Positions 1 through 10,423 of a stretch of DNA of 64,000 nt are shown in pieces. A model generated the notes under the pieces. The model saw only the letters and a list, made by a program, of their open reading frames with translations, was not told the DNA's origin and did not search any database. Origin of the DNA: an uncultured Candidatus Babeliaceae bacterium (GTDB lineage Bacteria > Babelota > Babeliae > Babelales > Babelaceae); assembly GCA_963704655.1 (NCBI GenBank), contig OY969927.1:896001-960000 (forward strand), read 5' to 3'. The first letter of the stretch is position 1, and each line of letters opens with the position of its first letter. Made by a program: the position numbers and the translations under genes.

Positions 1-99
1 GCAGAAGATTGCTATCAAGCCCGCTGCCGCAGCTGTTTTAAAATAACCTATAATAATCATCACGAAAGCCAAAAAGGGTTACAATTTTATGGACTATAA
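1..99 (+). CDS. tdk: Thymidine kinase, 3' end (partial)
   Basis: Frame 1 reads AEDCYQARCRSCFK...QFYGL* with TAA at 97-99; YxARCRxC is the C-terminal Zn/lasso motif of type II thymidine kinases; overlaps the start of the next gene. Confidence 0.7.
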   Translation, partial: AEDCYQARCRSCFKITYNNHHESQKGLQFYGL

Positions 100-448
100 A
101 GATAAAAGTATTAAAGAACTCCAGGAAATGATTCTACAGTTTGTTGACGAGCGCAATTGGCGCCAGTTTCAAACGCCAAAAAATATGAGTATGTACCTCA
201 GTATCGAAGCCGCTGAACTTATGGAGCTCTTTTTGTGGTGCGAAAGCTCAACGTCAAAACAAACGCTTGAAGAAAAACGTACTGACGTTGAACATGAACT
301 TGCTGATATTTTATACTGGGTTTTAAATTTTGCGGCGCAAAACAATATTAATTTATCTCAAGTTCTTGAACGAAAAATGGAGCTCAATCGTAAAAAATAT
401 CCTGTAGATAAAGCAAAAAATAATTCACAAAAATATACAGAGTATTAA
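89..448 (+). CDS. MazG-like nucleotide pyrophosphohydrolase (dCTPase-like)
   Basis: ERNWRQFQTPKN, EAAELMELFLW, ELADI, KMELNRKKYP motifs. Confidence 0.88.
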   Translation: MDYKDKSIKELQEMILQFVDERNWRQFQTPKNMSMYLSIEAAELMELFLWCESSTSKQTLEEKRTDVEHELADILYWVLNFAAQNNINLSQVLERKMELNRKKYPVDKAKNNSQKYTEY

Positions 449-457
449 AGATAGGTA

Positions 458-1807
458 ATGGCAAAACCACAAAGTTTTTATCACTGTCAAAATTGCGATT
501 TTAAAACTATAAAATGGCTTGGGCAATGCCCGGAATGTAAGGAGTGGAACACGCTCGAACAAGGCGCAGTATCGGCCGTAACGCCGCAAGCGCAAAAGAG
601 CGTATCTTCACGCATCATCCCTATGAAAAAGCTTGCAGATGTGCAGACAACAAGCCACAAGCGCATGATTTGCGGTATTAATGAATGGGACCGTGTTACT
701 GGCGGTGGATTAATGCTTGGGTCATTTATTATCTTAACCGGTGACCCTGGAATTGGTAAATCAACATTAATGTTGCAAGTGGCTTTCCATTTAGCCCATA
801 AATATGATGTTTTATACTTTTCTTCAGAAGAATCACTTGAACAAGTTAAACAGCGCGCCGAGCGCTTGAGCTGCATTCACGAAAAACTTTTATTTTCTGA
901 CCAGGCAAACCTTGATGAAGTTATCGCAACAACATTATCGTATAAGCCGCACTTGGTTATTATCGATTCAATACAAAACTGTTACTCTTCAGATACGCAC
1001 GCATTACCCGGCTCTATTGGGCAACTTAAAGAATCTGCATTTAGGCTTATGCGCCTGGCAAAAGAGAATATGATCACCGTTATGCTCAGCGGCCATATCA
1101 CTAAAGACGGCTTCATGGCCGGCCCAAAAACGCTTGAACATATGGTTGACGCCGTCTTTTATTTACAAGGTGAGGACCGTTGGCAAACACGTGTTTTGCG
1201 TTCAGTTAAAAATAGATTCGGCACGGTTAATGAAATCGGTTTTTTTGAAATGGACGCTTCAGGGTTACAAGAAGTTTCTAATATTAACCAGCATCTTTTA
1301 GAAGAAATTTCACATTCACCCGGGTCTGTTTTAGTCAGCCACTTAGAGGGCACACGCCCGATTTTATTAGAACTTCAAGCACTTACTATTGCATCAAAAT
1401 ATGGCATGCCACAACGTGTGGTAAGCGGACTTGAATCTGCCCAAGTAGTTTTAATTGCTGCGATTTTAGAAAAATATCTTAAAGTTAAGTTAAGCGGCCA
1501 AGATATCTTTTTTAAAGTGAGTGGCGGATTCAAAATTAAAGGAAGCAGTTTAGACTTAGGGATAGCGCTGGCATTACTTTCAAGCTATTTTCAAAAACCG
1601 TTGCCAGAAAAGTGCATTGCACTTGGAGAATTAAGCTTAACCGGGCAAATTAAGCCAATTAACCATATTGGGCAACATATGAGTGAGATCGAAAAATTTG
1701 GCATCACCAAACTATTCACCGCCCGCAACCAAAAACTCCCTGCAACGTCAATTAAAGTTCACTTTTTAAGCAACGTCTTTCAGCTTCTGGAGCTTTTTAA
1801 CGATTAG
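458..1807 (+). CDS. radA: DNA repair protein RadA/Sms
   Basis: N-terminal C4 Zn finger, Walker A GDPGIGKS, KNRFG motif, Lon-like C-terminus. Confidence 0.97.
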   Translation: MAKPQSFYHCQNCDFKTIKWLGQCPECKEWNTLEQGAVSAVTPQAQKSVSSRIIPMKKLADVQTTSHKRMICGINEWDRVTGGGLMLGSFIILTGDPGIGKSTLMLQVAFHLAHKYDVLYFSSEESLEQVKQRAERLSCIHEKLLFSDQANLDEVIATTLSYKPHLVIIDSIQNCYSSDTHALPGSIGQLKESAFRLMRLAKENMITVMLSGHITKDGFMAGPKTLEHMVDAVFYLQGEDRWQTRVLRSVKNRFGTVNEIGFFEMDASGLQEVSNINQHLLEEISHSPGSVLVSHLEGTRPILLELQALTIASKYGMPQRVVSGLESAQVVLIAAILEKYLKVKLSGQDIFFKVSGGFKIKGSSLDLGIALALLSSYFQKPLPEKCIALGELSLTGQIKPINHIGQHMSEIEKFGITKLFTARNQKLPATSIKVHFLSNVFQLLELFND

Positions 1808-1813
1808 ATCGTG

Positions 1814-2668
1814 TTACATAATTGAACATGCCACACTTGGTAAATTAACATTTTTCAGAGAATCGAATGTTTCACGATATTCTTCAGGTATAATTCTATC
1901 GCTATAAAAATTCATTTCTTTACGCAAGAATGAAATACGTTGAGCTAAAAAATCTGGGTCTGAAACGGGTTTATCTAAAGCAAAAAGTTCATGAATCATA
2001 GGATCTACAAAGTTTTTTTCTTGTAACGTTGCATCATCAATTTGTCTCATTTTTGTATTGATTAAGCCAGCCTCTTGATGAAGTAATAACATTTTTTTTG
2101 CAGATTCAAAGTAAGCTCTCTTAAATTCACCAAGATCAAGTTCTTTGCCATCTTGAGCTATTTTTCGTAATGCAACATCAGAAGAAATTTTAGAAAAATC
2201 TAAATGTTTTTCTGGCTCGAATTGCTCGAGAACCTTTTTTAATACATTAACACCTTCGAAAACCTTTTGAGAAAAGAACTTTTTTCTCTCTTCAGCATCC
2301 ATTGAAGATACCTCTTTAAGTGTTTTTCCACCACAAACTTTTGCTATAATGCTTGCAAACATATAATCAACTTGCAGCCTTTCCAACGAAGAACCGTCAA
2401 GAATTGGTGCATTTCCCGTAGCAAAGCTAAACATATTATGCGCCTTTGCCGCAGCGGACATATTTACTGAGATAGGGTATGTCAATGGTATCGCCCCATC
2501 AAAATGTTCTGCAAAATTCTCAACGCCCTCATCTGCCAAAATTTTCAAAACTTTTCGCGTATCAGATTCAGGCAATGTTTTAAATTCAGCTAAGGTTGTA
2601 TTAGACTTATCAACTTCTGATGCGAATGCAGGCGAAATTAAAAACAACCCAATTAATAATTTTTTCAT
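1814..2668 (-). CDS. Hypothetical secreted protein
   Basis: 284-aa ORF, MKKLLIGLFLISPAFA signal peptide, AAGGA RBS. Confidence 0.75.
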   Translation of the reverse strand: MKKLLIGLFLISPAFASEVDKSNTTLAEFKTLPESDTRKVLKILADEGVENFAEHFDGAIPLTYPISVNMSAAAKAHNMFSFATGNAPILDGSSLERLQVDYMFASIIAKVCGGKTLKEVSSMDAEERKKFFSQKVFEGVNVLKKVLEQFEPEKHLDFSKISSDVALRKIAQDGKELDLGEFKRAYFESAKKMLLLHQEAGLINTKMRQIDDATLQEKNFVDPMIHELFALDKPVSDPDFLAQRISFLRKEMNFYSDRIIPEEYRETFDSLKNVNLPSVACSIM

Positions 2669-2735
2669 ATTTTCCTTTTAAGTAATAAGTGCTTGAAAAG
2701 TATCATCTGAACGCATTATAGCATAAATATGATAT

Positions 2736-3320
2736 TCAACAACCACCAACCTGCAAAAGCAGTTGTATAATTTTTTTATTACCCATAATCTTTGCAAGCT
2801 CTATTGGCGTTAGACCTAGCCTTTGTGAATATGGGTTATGGAGTTGATTTCTATCAGCGCCATAATCCAAAAGTAACTTTATTATTTTGATATCAACATT
2901 TCTGCAAATAGCGTAAGAAAGCGCGTTTGTATTTAACGTATTATATCTTGAATCATTAAAGATCAGAGGGCCCTCAAAAACAATATTTGGGTATGCACCC
3001 GCTTCAAGCAGAAGCTTTACCCCTTTATATGAATGTGCATAAATAGCACCGGCCAAAGGACAATACCCCATGCTGGGAAATTTATTTGCATAGACATAAT
3101 CTGGGCTATACCCATTTGCAAGCTCTTTTGCCATTAATACCGCCAAACCCCTATACGCATACATAATAATGGGCGGCACAATATCATAAAAATATTCATT
3201 ATAATCACATCGAGCAGGCGGAAAAGAGAAGCTTTTTTCTGCATCTAATCTAAGTACTTCAAAAGATTCTGCAGGCACTGGTATAAAAAAGCAAACTAAC
3301 ACGAAGAAACCTAAACGCAC
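2736..3320 (-). CDS. Secreted ankyrin-repeat protein
   Basis: VKLLLEAGA, IKLLLDYGAD, GLTPIELA ankyrin motifs; hydrophobic leader; paralog of 3792-4511. Confidence 0.85.
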   Translation of the reverse strand: MRLGFFVLVCFFIPVPAESFEVLRLDAEKSFSFPPARCDYNEYFYDIVPPIIMYAYRGLAVLMAKELANGYSPDYVYANKFPSMGYCPLAGAIYAHSYKGVKLLLEAGAYPNIVFEGPLIFNDSRYNTLNTNALSYAICRNVDIKIIKLLLDYGADRNQLHNPYSQRLGLTPIELAKIMGNKKIIQLLLQVGGC

Positions 3321-3398
3321 GTAACCTCTTTAAAAATTATAATAATTACCTTACAATTTGATGAAGTCTTAATTAAACCTCTCTATGTAGAAGATAAT

Positions 3399-3728
3399 AT
3401 GGCAACACAAAGATACTTACTTCTGCTTTTATTCTTACCAATTTTAACAGTAAAAAAGCTACAAGCATTAGAAATAGATAAAGCTGAAATGATTGCTATC
3501 GAATTACTTGCAAATATCAAAAAGAACCCTCCAATTACCACTCAGCCACCATGGAAATGCAGGGTATGCGGTAACGACTGCGCTCACAAGAGCCGTCTAA
3601 AAGCACATCTTTATATCCATTATCCCAAAAGTAAACCATTTGTATGCACAGCTAGATTTTGCAATTTAAGATTTGCAGATAAAACCCATCTAAATTCACA
3701 TCTACAAAGACATAATAGCCAAAAATAG
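3399..3728 (+). CDS. Secreted protein with two classical C2H2 zinc fingers
   Basis: CRVC-x12-HLYIH, linker YPKSKPFV, CTARFC-x12-HLQRH; signal peptide. Confidence 0.8.
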   Translation: MATQRYLLLLLFLPILTVKKLQALEIDKAEMIAIELLANIKKNPPITTQPPWKCRVCGNDCAHKSRLKAHLYIHYPKSKPFVCTARFCNLRFADKTHLNSHLQRHNSQK

Positions 3729-3791
3729 TAGTTTAAAACGCGTAGGTAAATTGCAAGCCAACAGAACTTGTTAAATCGCCTGCTTGCCATT

Positions 3792-4511
3792 TCAAGATTT
3801 ATGGTTTTTAAGTATAGAGCTAAAGCTTTCACCAAAAAAATCGCCATTTTCAGTATCTTTAATATGCGCATAATCTAATGCAGAAAGCCCATCGATCGAA
3901 TTAGTAATTAATGGATCCGCACCTGCTTTCAATAAAACCTCAAAAGCTTTTTTATTTCCTGAAGTAATACAAAGCATAAGTGGTGTAAGCCCTCGACTAC
4001 CAGGCCCAGCCCACCAATGTGAAACATTCACACCCGCACCATAATCTATAAGTAACTTAATAATACGAATATCTGCGTTTGTAAAAATCGCAAAGTGAAG
4101 AGGAAAAGTATTTCGAGCGTTAAAACCTTTTAAATACAGAGCATGTGTAAATAAAAGGGGTGCCTCAAATGGGATGCTTGTCCTTGCACCATTTTCCAAT
4201 AATAATTTTACACATTCATAGGAATTTGAATAAATTGCAGCACAAAGAGGGTTTACCCCAGCATGCGGCTGCTCTATCCCAACGACTAAATTAACATTAG
4301 ACCCAAGGAGTATATCTTGCTTAAGAGCATCGTAATCCCCTTTATATGCATCGACTATAATTGCCGGCATATCTTCCCAATCTTCAATAGCATGCGGCAA
4401 AAAAAAGTCATTTGATACTGGCACAGGTAAATCGAGATAATTACAATCAACCCAGCCAATCGCAAAAACAACAGTAGATAATGTCACAAATAAAATATTT
4501 TTTGTCTTCAT
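3792..4511 (-). CDS. Secreted ankyrin-repeat protein
   Basis: NPLCAAI..VKLLLENGA, PLHFAI..IKLLIDYGA, GLTPLM..LLKAGADP; signal peptide. Confidence 0.88.
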   Translation of the reverse strand: MKTKNILFVTLSTVVFAIGWVDCNYLDLPVPVSNDFFLPHAIEDWEDMPAIIVDAYKGDYDALKQDILLGSNVNLVVGIEQPHAGVNPLCAAIYSNSYECVKLLLENGARTSIPFEAPLLFTHALYLKGFNARNTFPLHFAIFTNADIRIIKLLIDYGAGVNVSHWWAGPGSRGLTPLMLCITSGNKKAFEVLLKAGADPLITNSIDGLSALDYAHIKDTENGDFFGESFSSILKNHKS

Positions 4512-4531
4512 GATACACCTAATTTTAATAA

Positions 4532-5773
4532 CTAGAAAGCATACGTAAGCTGCAAGCCGACAGAACTTGTTACAATCGCACGCTTGCCATTAAAGCCGTA
4601 TTTTCCAAACAGCATAAGGTTCGGGCGTGAGCCGGAAGTTTCATACTGGTTAAACTCATAATTAAGTTTAAATATAAACTGGTGCGTAGTGTATTCTTGT
4701 ACACTTTCAGCATCGTTTATAATCTGGAAATTACCATAATTTGTTACTGGATAATATGTATCGTCATTATGCTTAAAATATTGATACAATAAAGAAGCGC
4801 TTAGGCCCTGGTAAATGCTGCGTTTTTCAAGCATAAAAGTGTATTGCTGAGTAAAACCGGGGTCAACATATACGCGGTCCTTGGCGATTAATAAAAGATC
4901 TGTTTGTGCAATATCAGTTTTAATTCTGCGTGTTTTGGTATTACCAAATAGTTGCAAAAACTCTAAATCTATCATAAAGCGCCAGTCATAATTCATAAAC
5001 AAATTTAAGTTTCCACCAAAATATACCCCATAGCCTTGATCATACCCAAAAGGTAATGCAAGAAGTTTAGAAATATCCTCTTTTTTACCGGTAGGAAAAT
5101 TTAAACCACCACGTACACTTAAGCGAACATTACGCAAAACAGGCTTCATCTGCCAAAAATCTTGTTGCCATTTTACAAAAACAACGGTATCACCAAAACC
5201 AAGGCGCTTCCAGCCATTATACAAATCTATGCAACCAACTTGACCCACAGTAGAAAGCAGCTGAGGAAAATTATTATTTTCAAATTCAGTGTGCTTATTT
5301 TCTTCCGTCCAACAAATATCACTTAAGCTCGCATATAAAAATGGCACATACCCATGGAGCGAAACATTATGCGCCAATTTCGCCTGAAGACCCAACATAC
5401 CATTTAAGGGAATCGTTAGCGTTGCGTGTGGTATGAATATGCCATGGGTTAGATTATCGTCGTTTACATCAAAAATTTGTGCGTATTGCCCTGCTTGGGT
5501 TTCTGGAGCAAAACCCTTAAATGCGGCAATAGCATCTTGGGTGCAATTAAAAAGCTGCAACACATTCGAACTACCGCCGGTTTTTGGATTAAAAGCTTGC
5601 GCTGAACAAATACCTTCATAACCAAGCTGAAAACTAAAGCGTGTTTCGTTGCGCGGGTCCGGCTGCAAAAAAATATTGTACGGCTGTAAAACGTTTGTTC
5701 TAAAAACTGCATCTACATTAATAATGAGTATGCTAAAAAGTATATATATACCATAACGAATGTTCATATTCAC
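4532..5773 (-). CDS. Putative outer-membrane beta-barrel protein
   Basis: Signal peptide, alternating aromatic/hydrophobic strands, C-terminal VGLQLTYAF (terminal Phe, BamA-type signal). Confidence 0.6.
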   Translation of the reverse strand: MNMNIRYGIYILFSILIINVDAVFRTNVLQPYNIFLQPDPRNETRFSFQLGYEGICSAQAFNPKTGGSSNVLQLFNCTQDAIAAFKGFAPETQAGQYAQIFDVNDDNLTHGIFIPHATLTIPLNGMLGLQAKLAHNVSLHGYVPFLYASLSDICWTEENKHTEFENNNFPQLLSTVGQVGCIDLYNGWKRLGFGDTVVFVKWQQDFWQMKPVLRNVRLSVRGGLNFPTGKKEDISKLLALPFGYDQGYGVYFGGNLNLFMNYDWRFMIDLEFLQLFGNTKTRRIKTDIAQTDLLLIAKDRVYVDPGFTQQYTFMLEKRSIYQGLSASLLYQYFKHNDDTYYPVTNYGNFQIINDAESVQEYTTHQFIFKLNYEFNQYETSGSRPNLMLFGKYGFNGKRAIVTSSVGLQLTYAF

Positions 5774-5790
5774 TACCTATTTTGTCTCAT

Positions 5791-8541
5791 TTACTGATGC
5801 ACTACCAAACCAAAATCACCCGGAATTACCCACGAACCAAGGCCCGAAATGCGTTGTACCTGACCAACTGAATTTGCATCTACCTCTGAATAAAATCCAC
5901 CACTTTGTGGCACCCGAACCCTAAAGCCTTGCTTAAGCGCTTGAGGTAACGATTGCACAAAAAGTTGTTGTAAAAGATACCTGCTCCGAGAAACTGACCA
6001 GAGCATACCATCGGTATAGAAAAAGTTTCTATACGAACCGATGTTAACAAAAAATGTTGGTCTATTTGGTATAAAAAAATCATTGAAAAGTTGCACAGTA
6101 GCATCAGTAACACCTGCAGGATCATAGGTAATAACATAACGATACATGCGTGCTTGGTCCCGACTGACATTCCCAGAAAGAACATATAGATTTCCAGAAA
6201 CTCCCGGTGGAGTTAGATATAAATCCGTTGCGTTGCCTGTTTGCGTAACCGGCCATAAACGCGTTGCGCATCCGGTGCTTTCTGGCATTACTACTTGTTG
6301 CCAATTCATATCTGTTTGTGAAGTTGCCGTTGCTACTGATACCCCATTGCCTGAACGCAATAAGCCTGAACTTGATGCAAGAACCACGAGTGGCTCGCAA
6401 ACGATAACATCTGAAAAAAAATATGATTTATGAGGTAAACTTATAGATGGATCCTGAATCGAGTTCAGGATGACACCGCCACGTGTATTTGCCGTTGCTA
6501 AATTAACTGAACTAAATGGCACTGTTTGATTAATAATGTCTGATGTTAATCTCACGCGCTCAAAAAGTGTGTCAGTTAAAACATATAATGAGCCATTTTG
6601 TGCTATAAGTTTGCGCACGTTACTGTAGTTTCCCACTTTTTGCCAAACTAATTCAGAAGAGAGTCCAGCAAAATTTTGAGTAATTGAACCATCTGGAATT
6701 CCAGTTCCATCTTGCAATGCTAAAACAGCTAACCCGCCATTTCCGCCAACTACAATCCATGAATTGCCGCCACATGAAACAACTGCTGCAGCAATTATTG
6801 CTTGTAAATTACCTAATGCGCCCCCGGTCATGCTGATATATTCAGCTGGTGCCACAAAAGAATTAAGCGTTCCATCTGTAGAAGTATAGGTATCTGGATA
6901 TGCTGTTACCGGAGTTAATGTAACGCCTATGTCTGCAGCTGTTTCACCCAAAATAACGGTATTTAATCCCGTAAAAATAGTTGCACTGCTGCGTGAACCA
7001 TCAGCTTGTGAAAAAAATGGCGCTGTTGATGAAATATCGATAACGCCCTGAATCCCGCCCTGCTTTTGTGGCAGTGTGCTATTTAAAAGTTGTGCAAGCT
7101 GAGTTCCATTTTTTTCCCAAGATGTTGCCACCACCGATTGCACCGAAGATGTAAAAGCAGTCGAGTACCAAAATTGTGAATTTCCACGGTCGTATACGGC
7201 TGTTTCCGGAATACCCTGAGAATTTACTGCACGCTGCCAATTTGTCCAACCAGAGATTACTGCATTATTATTAAAAATTGCTTGCGAATAGAAAATGCCA
7301 GATGCTTGGTCCGTTGAGCCAGTTACGGTAATAATCACCGAATCTCCAGCTGTATATAACGAAGTTATTGTTCCCGGGGCACTTCCACCGCCGACAATAG
7401 CAGGAATGCTTGATGGGGTATAAAGATCACCTTGTTGTGTTGCAGGCACATTAAACTGGCGCTGACTTAAGAAATTTGTTTGTGGCACTGAATTTATAGA
7501 CGCTAATGCGCCAAATGAAGTTATGGGTAGCGCATATACATTTATCGGATCCTGATTTACAGATCCAACGCCACCTACTACCACTAAATATTGTGTTCCA
7601 ACTGATGGCAATAATGTTGAAAGAAAATGGATACTAATCTGAGTATTTGCGCCCGTGCCTGCAATAATTGAATCGTTTGTTACGGCACTTGCAGTAACAA
7701 CTGGCGCAAGCGCTAAAAACGGCGCACCAACTTCATTTAATGAGAAAAGCACCGCAACAGCACCATCGGTATCATTTGGGCCACCTAAAACATCAAAACC
7801 TGCAAATAGAGTACCTACATTTTTTTCATCTAATGCTGGTATTTGCTTATAGGTTGATACATAAAGGGTTGGATTTGTAAGCGACTGCAAAGGCGAACCG
7901 ATTGCAAGAGGTGCATTAATATTAATAGCTACGGGTAAAGAAAAATTAATAGTATCACCAGATGTTTGCGTTGGTAATAGGTCTGCAAAAGATACACCGC
8001 CCCCGACATCTCCAAAAGTACCACCTTGCGGGCTTACTGCAGCGTACATAGTCCCTTGAACCGAACCAACGATAGCGTCAATATTGCTTACAGGTGCACT
8101 GTTTGTATCCAGCAATTGTGATGATATTGTTAGTAACGGGTTATTATTTTGAGTATATGAGCTAATAACATAGACATGATTCGGGTCACCTTCTATAACT
8201 ACAGCTGGTAGCCCGTCAGTTTCAAATGATTTTCGCCCTGTGTTTGCAAGCAATTTTATTTGAGCGCCATATAATGGGTTAGGTTGGGAAGTGCCTTGAA
8301 TATAAATATTTTCTGGCGTTATTCCAGCAAAGGCTGCTGATCCTGGCCCTGCCACTGCAACAGAAAAAGCTGCTGCTTCACCCAAACTTGCCACAGATGA
8401 GCCAATAAAAAATACCTTATTCAACTGAGCAAACGCGGTCGTGCCTATGGGGTTAGGGAGATTATAAACAGTTCCTGCATTGAGCGATCTCATGCAAAAA
8501 AATATGAAAAAAAGTGATATGAAATTTCGTATCATACGCAT
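5791..8541 (-). CDS. Large secreted/surface protein rich in Gly/Ser/Thr/Ala/Val
   Basis: 916-aa ORF with signal peptide and beta-rich composition; contains an in-frame palindromic repeat at 6444-6477. Confidence 0.75.
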   Translation of the reverse strand: MRMIRNFISLFFIFFCMRSLNAGTVYNLPNPIGTTAFAQLNKVFFIGSSVASLGEAAAFSVAVAGPGSAAFAGITPENIYIQGTSQPNPLYGAQIKLLANTGRKSFETDGLPAVVIEGDPNHVYVISSYTQNNNPLLTISSQLLDTNSAPVSNIDAIVGSVQGTMYAAVSPQGGTFGDVGGGVSFADLLPTQTSGDTINFSLPVAININAPLAIGSPLQSLTNPTLYVSTYKQIPALDEKNVGTLFAGFDVLGGPNDTDGAVAVLFSLNEVGAPFLALAPVVTASAVTNDSIIAGTGANTQISIHFLSTLLPSVGTQYLVVVGGVGSVNQDPINVYALPITSFGALASINSVPQTNFLSQRQFNVPATQQGDLYTPSSIPAIVGGGSAPGTITSLYTAGDSVIITVTGSTDQASGIFYSQAIFNNNAVISGWTNWQRAVNSQGIPETAVYDRGNSQFWYSTAFTSSVQSVVATSWEKNGTQLAQLLNSTLPQKQGGIQGVIDISSTAPFFSQADGSRSSATIFTGLNTVILGETAADIGVTLTPVTAYPDTYTSTDGTLNSFVAPAEYISMTGGALGNLQAIIAAAVVSCGGNSWIVVGGNGGLAVLALQDGTGIPDGSITQNFAGLSSELVWQKVGNYSNVRKLIAQNGSLYVLTDTLFERVRLTSDIINQTVPFSSVNLATANTRGGVILNSIQDPSISLPHKSYFFSDVIVCEPLVVLASSSGLLRSGNGVSVATATSQTDMNWQQVVMPESTGCATRLWPVTQTGNATDLYLTPPGVSGNLYVLSGNVSRDQARMYRYVITYDPAGVTDATVQLFNDFFIPNRPTFFVNIGSYRNFFYTDGMLWSVSRSRYLLQQLFVQSLPQALKQGFRVRVPQSGGFYSEVDANSVGQVQRISGLGSWVIPGDFGLVVHQ
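6444..6477. repeat. Palindromic repeat family B, in-frame within CDS
   Basis: tagatggATCCTGAAtcgagTTCAGGATgacacc; homologous to 10371-10404 and 63048-63081. Confidence 0.85.
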
Positions 8542-8576
8542 AGTTAATATGTACTCTCTTTAAAACCGTTTTAATA

Positions 8577-8648
8577 CTTCGACAAGCTCAGTATGAGCGG
8601 TTTTCTTGGCATTCGTTCAACGTCGCTCATCCTGAGCCTGTCGAAGGG
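8577..8648. repeat. Inverted pair of family A repeats (REPIN-like)
   Basis: cttcgacaagctcagtatgagcg (8577-8599) ... cgctcatcctgagcctgtcgaaggg (8624-8648). Confidence 0.85.
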
Positions 8649-8796
8649 TTGGCGACGATAGATTTTTTTTAACTCTATAATTATTGCTATATACTAACGC
8701 GACTGGTTGATTTTGGCTATTTAAATTAGATGATTTTTAGGTTATATTTAATCTTTGAGTAAAATATAATTTTCAAAAAAATAAAAAGTTACAAAG

Positions 8797-10332
8797 ATGC
8801 ATACAAAACTCTATTCTGCAACAGTTATTGGCGTAAACGCGTATAAAATTGAGATTGAAGTGGACCTTTCATTCGGCATGCTTCAATTTTTTCTTGTAGG
8901 CTTACCAGATCTTGCAATTAAAGAAAGTAAACAACGCGTTATTACGGCGCTTAAAAATTGCGGCTATGCGCTGCCAGAAAGAAAAATTACGGTTAATCTT
9001 GCACCGGCCCATATCAAAAAAGAGGGGTCCCTGTTTGACGTTGCTATTGCACTCGGCATTATTTACGCGGCAAATTTATGCGATTATGATGCCACATTTT
9101 TGAATGAAACTTTTTTTATTGGTGAACTTTCACTTGATGGCCGCATAAAACCGATACTTGGGGTTTTGGCTATAGCTTTTGATGCTCACAAACTCGGCAT
9201 TAAACGCATTATTGTTCCAATTGAAAATGCAGTTGAAGCGGCATTGATTGATGGGCTTGAAGTTATTGCGGTGGATCACCTTACTGATATTGTTAAAATA
9301 CTTAGAAAAGAAGCCCCACTTGCAGTATATGCGCGCAAGAACCTAGAAACACTCAAACAAAAACAACTTCTTGATTTAGCTCAAGTTAAAGGGCAAATGC
9401 AGGCAAAACGTGTTTTACAAATCGCTGCAGCAGGCAGACACAATCTACTTTTTGTCGGTTCACCAGGTTCTGGTAAAACCATGCTCGCGCAACGATTAAT
9501 TACCATTATGCCGCCGATGTCATTTAACGAAATGCTTGAAACAAGTAAAATCTATTCAATTTGTGGCAAACTTCCAGCTGAGCAACTTATTTCAGAACGC
9601 CCCTGCCGAGCGCCGCACCATACCATTTCATCGCCTGGATTAGTCGGAGGAGGTTCGACCCCACAGCCAGGTGAAATAAGTTTGGCACATAACGGCATTC
9701 TCTTTTTAGATGAATTTACCGAGTTCAAACGCCCTACACTTGAAGTATTACGTCAACCTCTAGAAGAGCGTATGGTCACGATTTCTCGTGCACAACAAAC
9801 ACTTTCATTTCCGTCATCATTCTTGCTTGTTGCGGCTCTTAACCCATGCCCATGTGGATACTATGGTGATGCGAATAAAGAATGTTCTTGCAATCAAAAA
9901 CAAATTCAGAATTATATGCAAAAATTATCTGGGCCATTGCTTGACCGCATCGATTTACAGGTCTACTTGCCAAGCGTTAAATACGAAGAGACTCAAAATA
10001 CCCAGCCGGCAACATCATCTGCAGATTTATTTGCAAAAGTTTCTATAGCACGTGAACGGCAACTTAAACGCTTTGGCACCCAGACAATGTATAATGGTTA
10101 TATGACGCCTGAAATGATCGAAGAGCACTGTAAAGTTACTGCAGAAGCGCAGAATCTCATTAAAAAGGCTTTTGAAACGTTGCATTTAAGCATGCGCGGA
10201 TACCACAAGCTGCTCAAAATCTCGCGTACTATTGCAGATCTTGAAGACAGCGAAGATATTTTGCCAAAACATGTGCAAGAAGCACTTATGTACCGCTCTA
10301 TAGATAAATCACTTAATGCATTACAGCATTAA
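8797..10332 (+). CDS. comM: YifB/ComM family Mg-chelatase-like AAA+ ATPase
   Basis: VGLPD..KES, ITVNLAPA, GSPGSGKT, RAPHHT, PGEISLAHNGILFLDE, NPCPCG, SGPLLDRID. Confidence 0.95.
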   Translation: MHTKLYSATVIGVNAYKIEIEVDLSFGMLQFFLVGLPDLAIKESKQRVITALKNCGYALPERKITVNLAPAHIKKEGSLFDVAIALGIIYAANLCDYDATFLNETFFIGELSLDGRIKPILGVLAIAFDAHKLGIKRIIVPIENAVEAALIDGLEVIAVDHLTDIVKILRKEAPLAVYARKNLETLKQKQLLDLAQVKGQMQAKRVLQIAAAGRHNLLFVGSPGSGKTMLAQRLITIMPPMSFNEMLETSKIYSICGKLPAEQLISERPCRAPHHTISSPGLVGGGSTPQPGEISLAHNGILFLDEFTEFKRPTLEVLRQPLEERMVTISRAQQTLSFPSSFLLVAALNPCPCGYYGDANKECSCNQKQIQNYMQKLSGPLLDRIDLQVYLPSVKYEETQNTQPATSSADLFAKVSIARERQLKRFGTQTMYNGYMTPEMIEEHCKVTAEAQNLIKKAFETLHLSMRGYHKLLKISRTIADLEDSEDILPKHVQEALMYRSIDKSLNALQH

Positions 10333-10370
10333 AAAACCGTAGCAACTAAAGTAAGCATCGAATTCAAAAA

Positions 10371-10404
10371 GGTGTCATCCCCGGCTCGATCGGGAATCCA
10401 TCTA
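10371..10404. repeat. Palindromic repeat family B between convergent genes
   Basis: ggtgtcatccccggctcgatcgggaatccatcta. Confidence 0.8.
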
Positions 10405-10423
10405 ATTTGAAAAAAACTTTATT

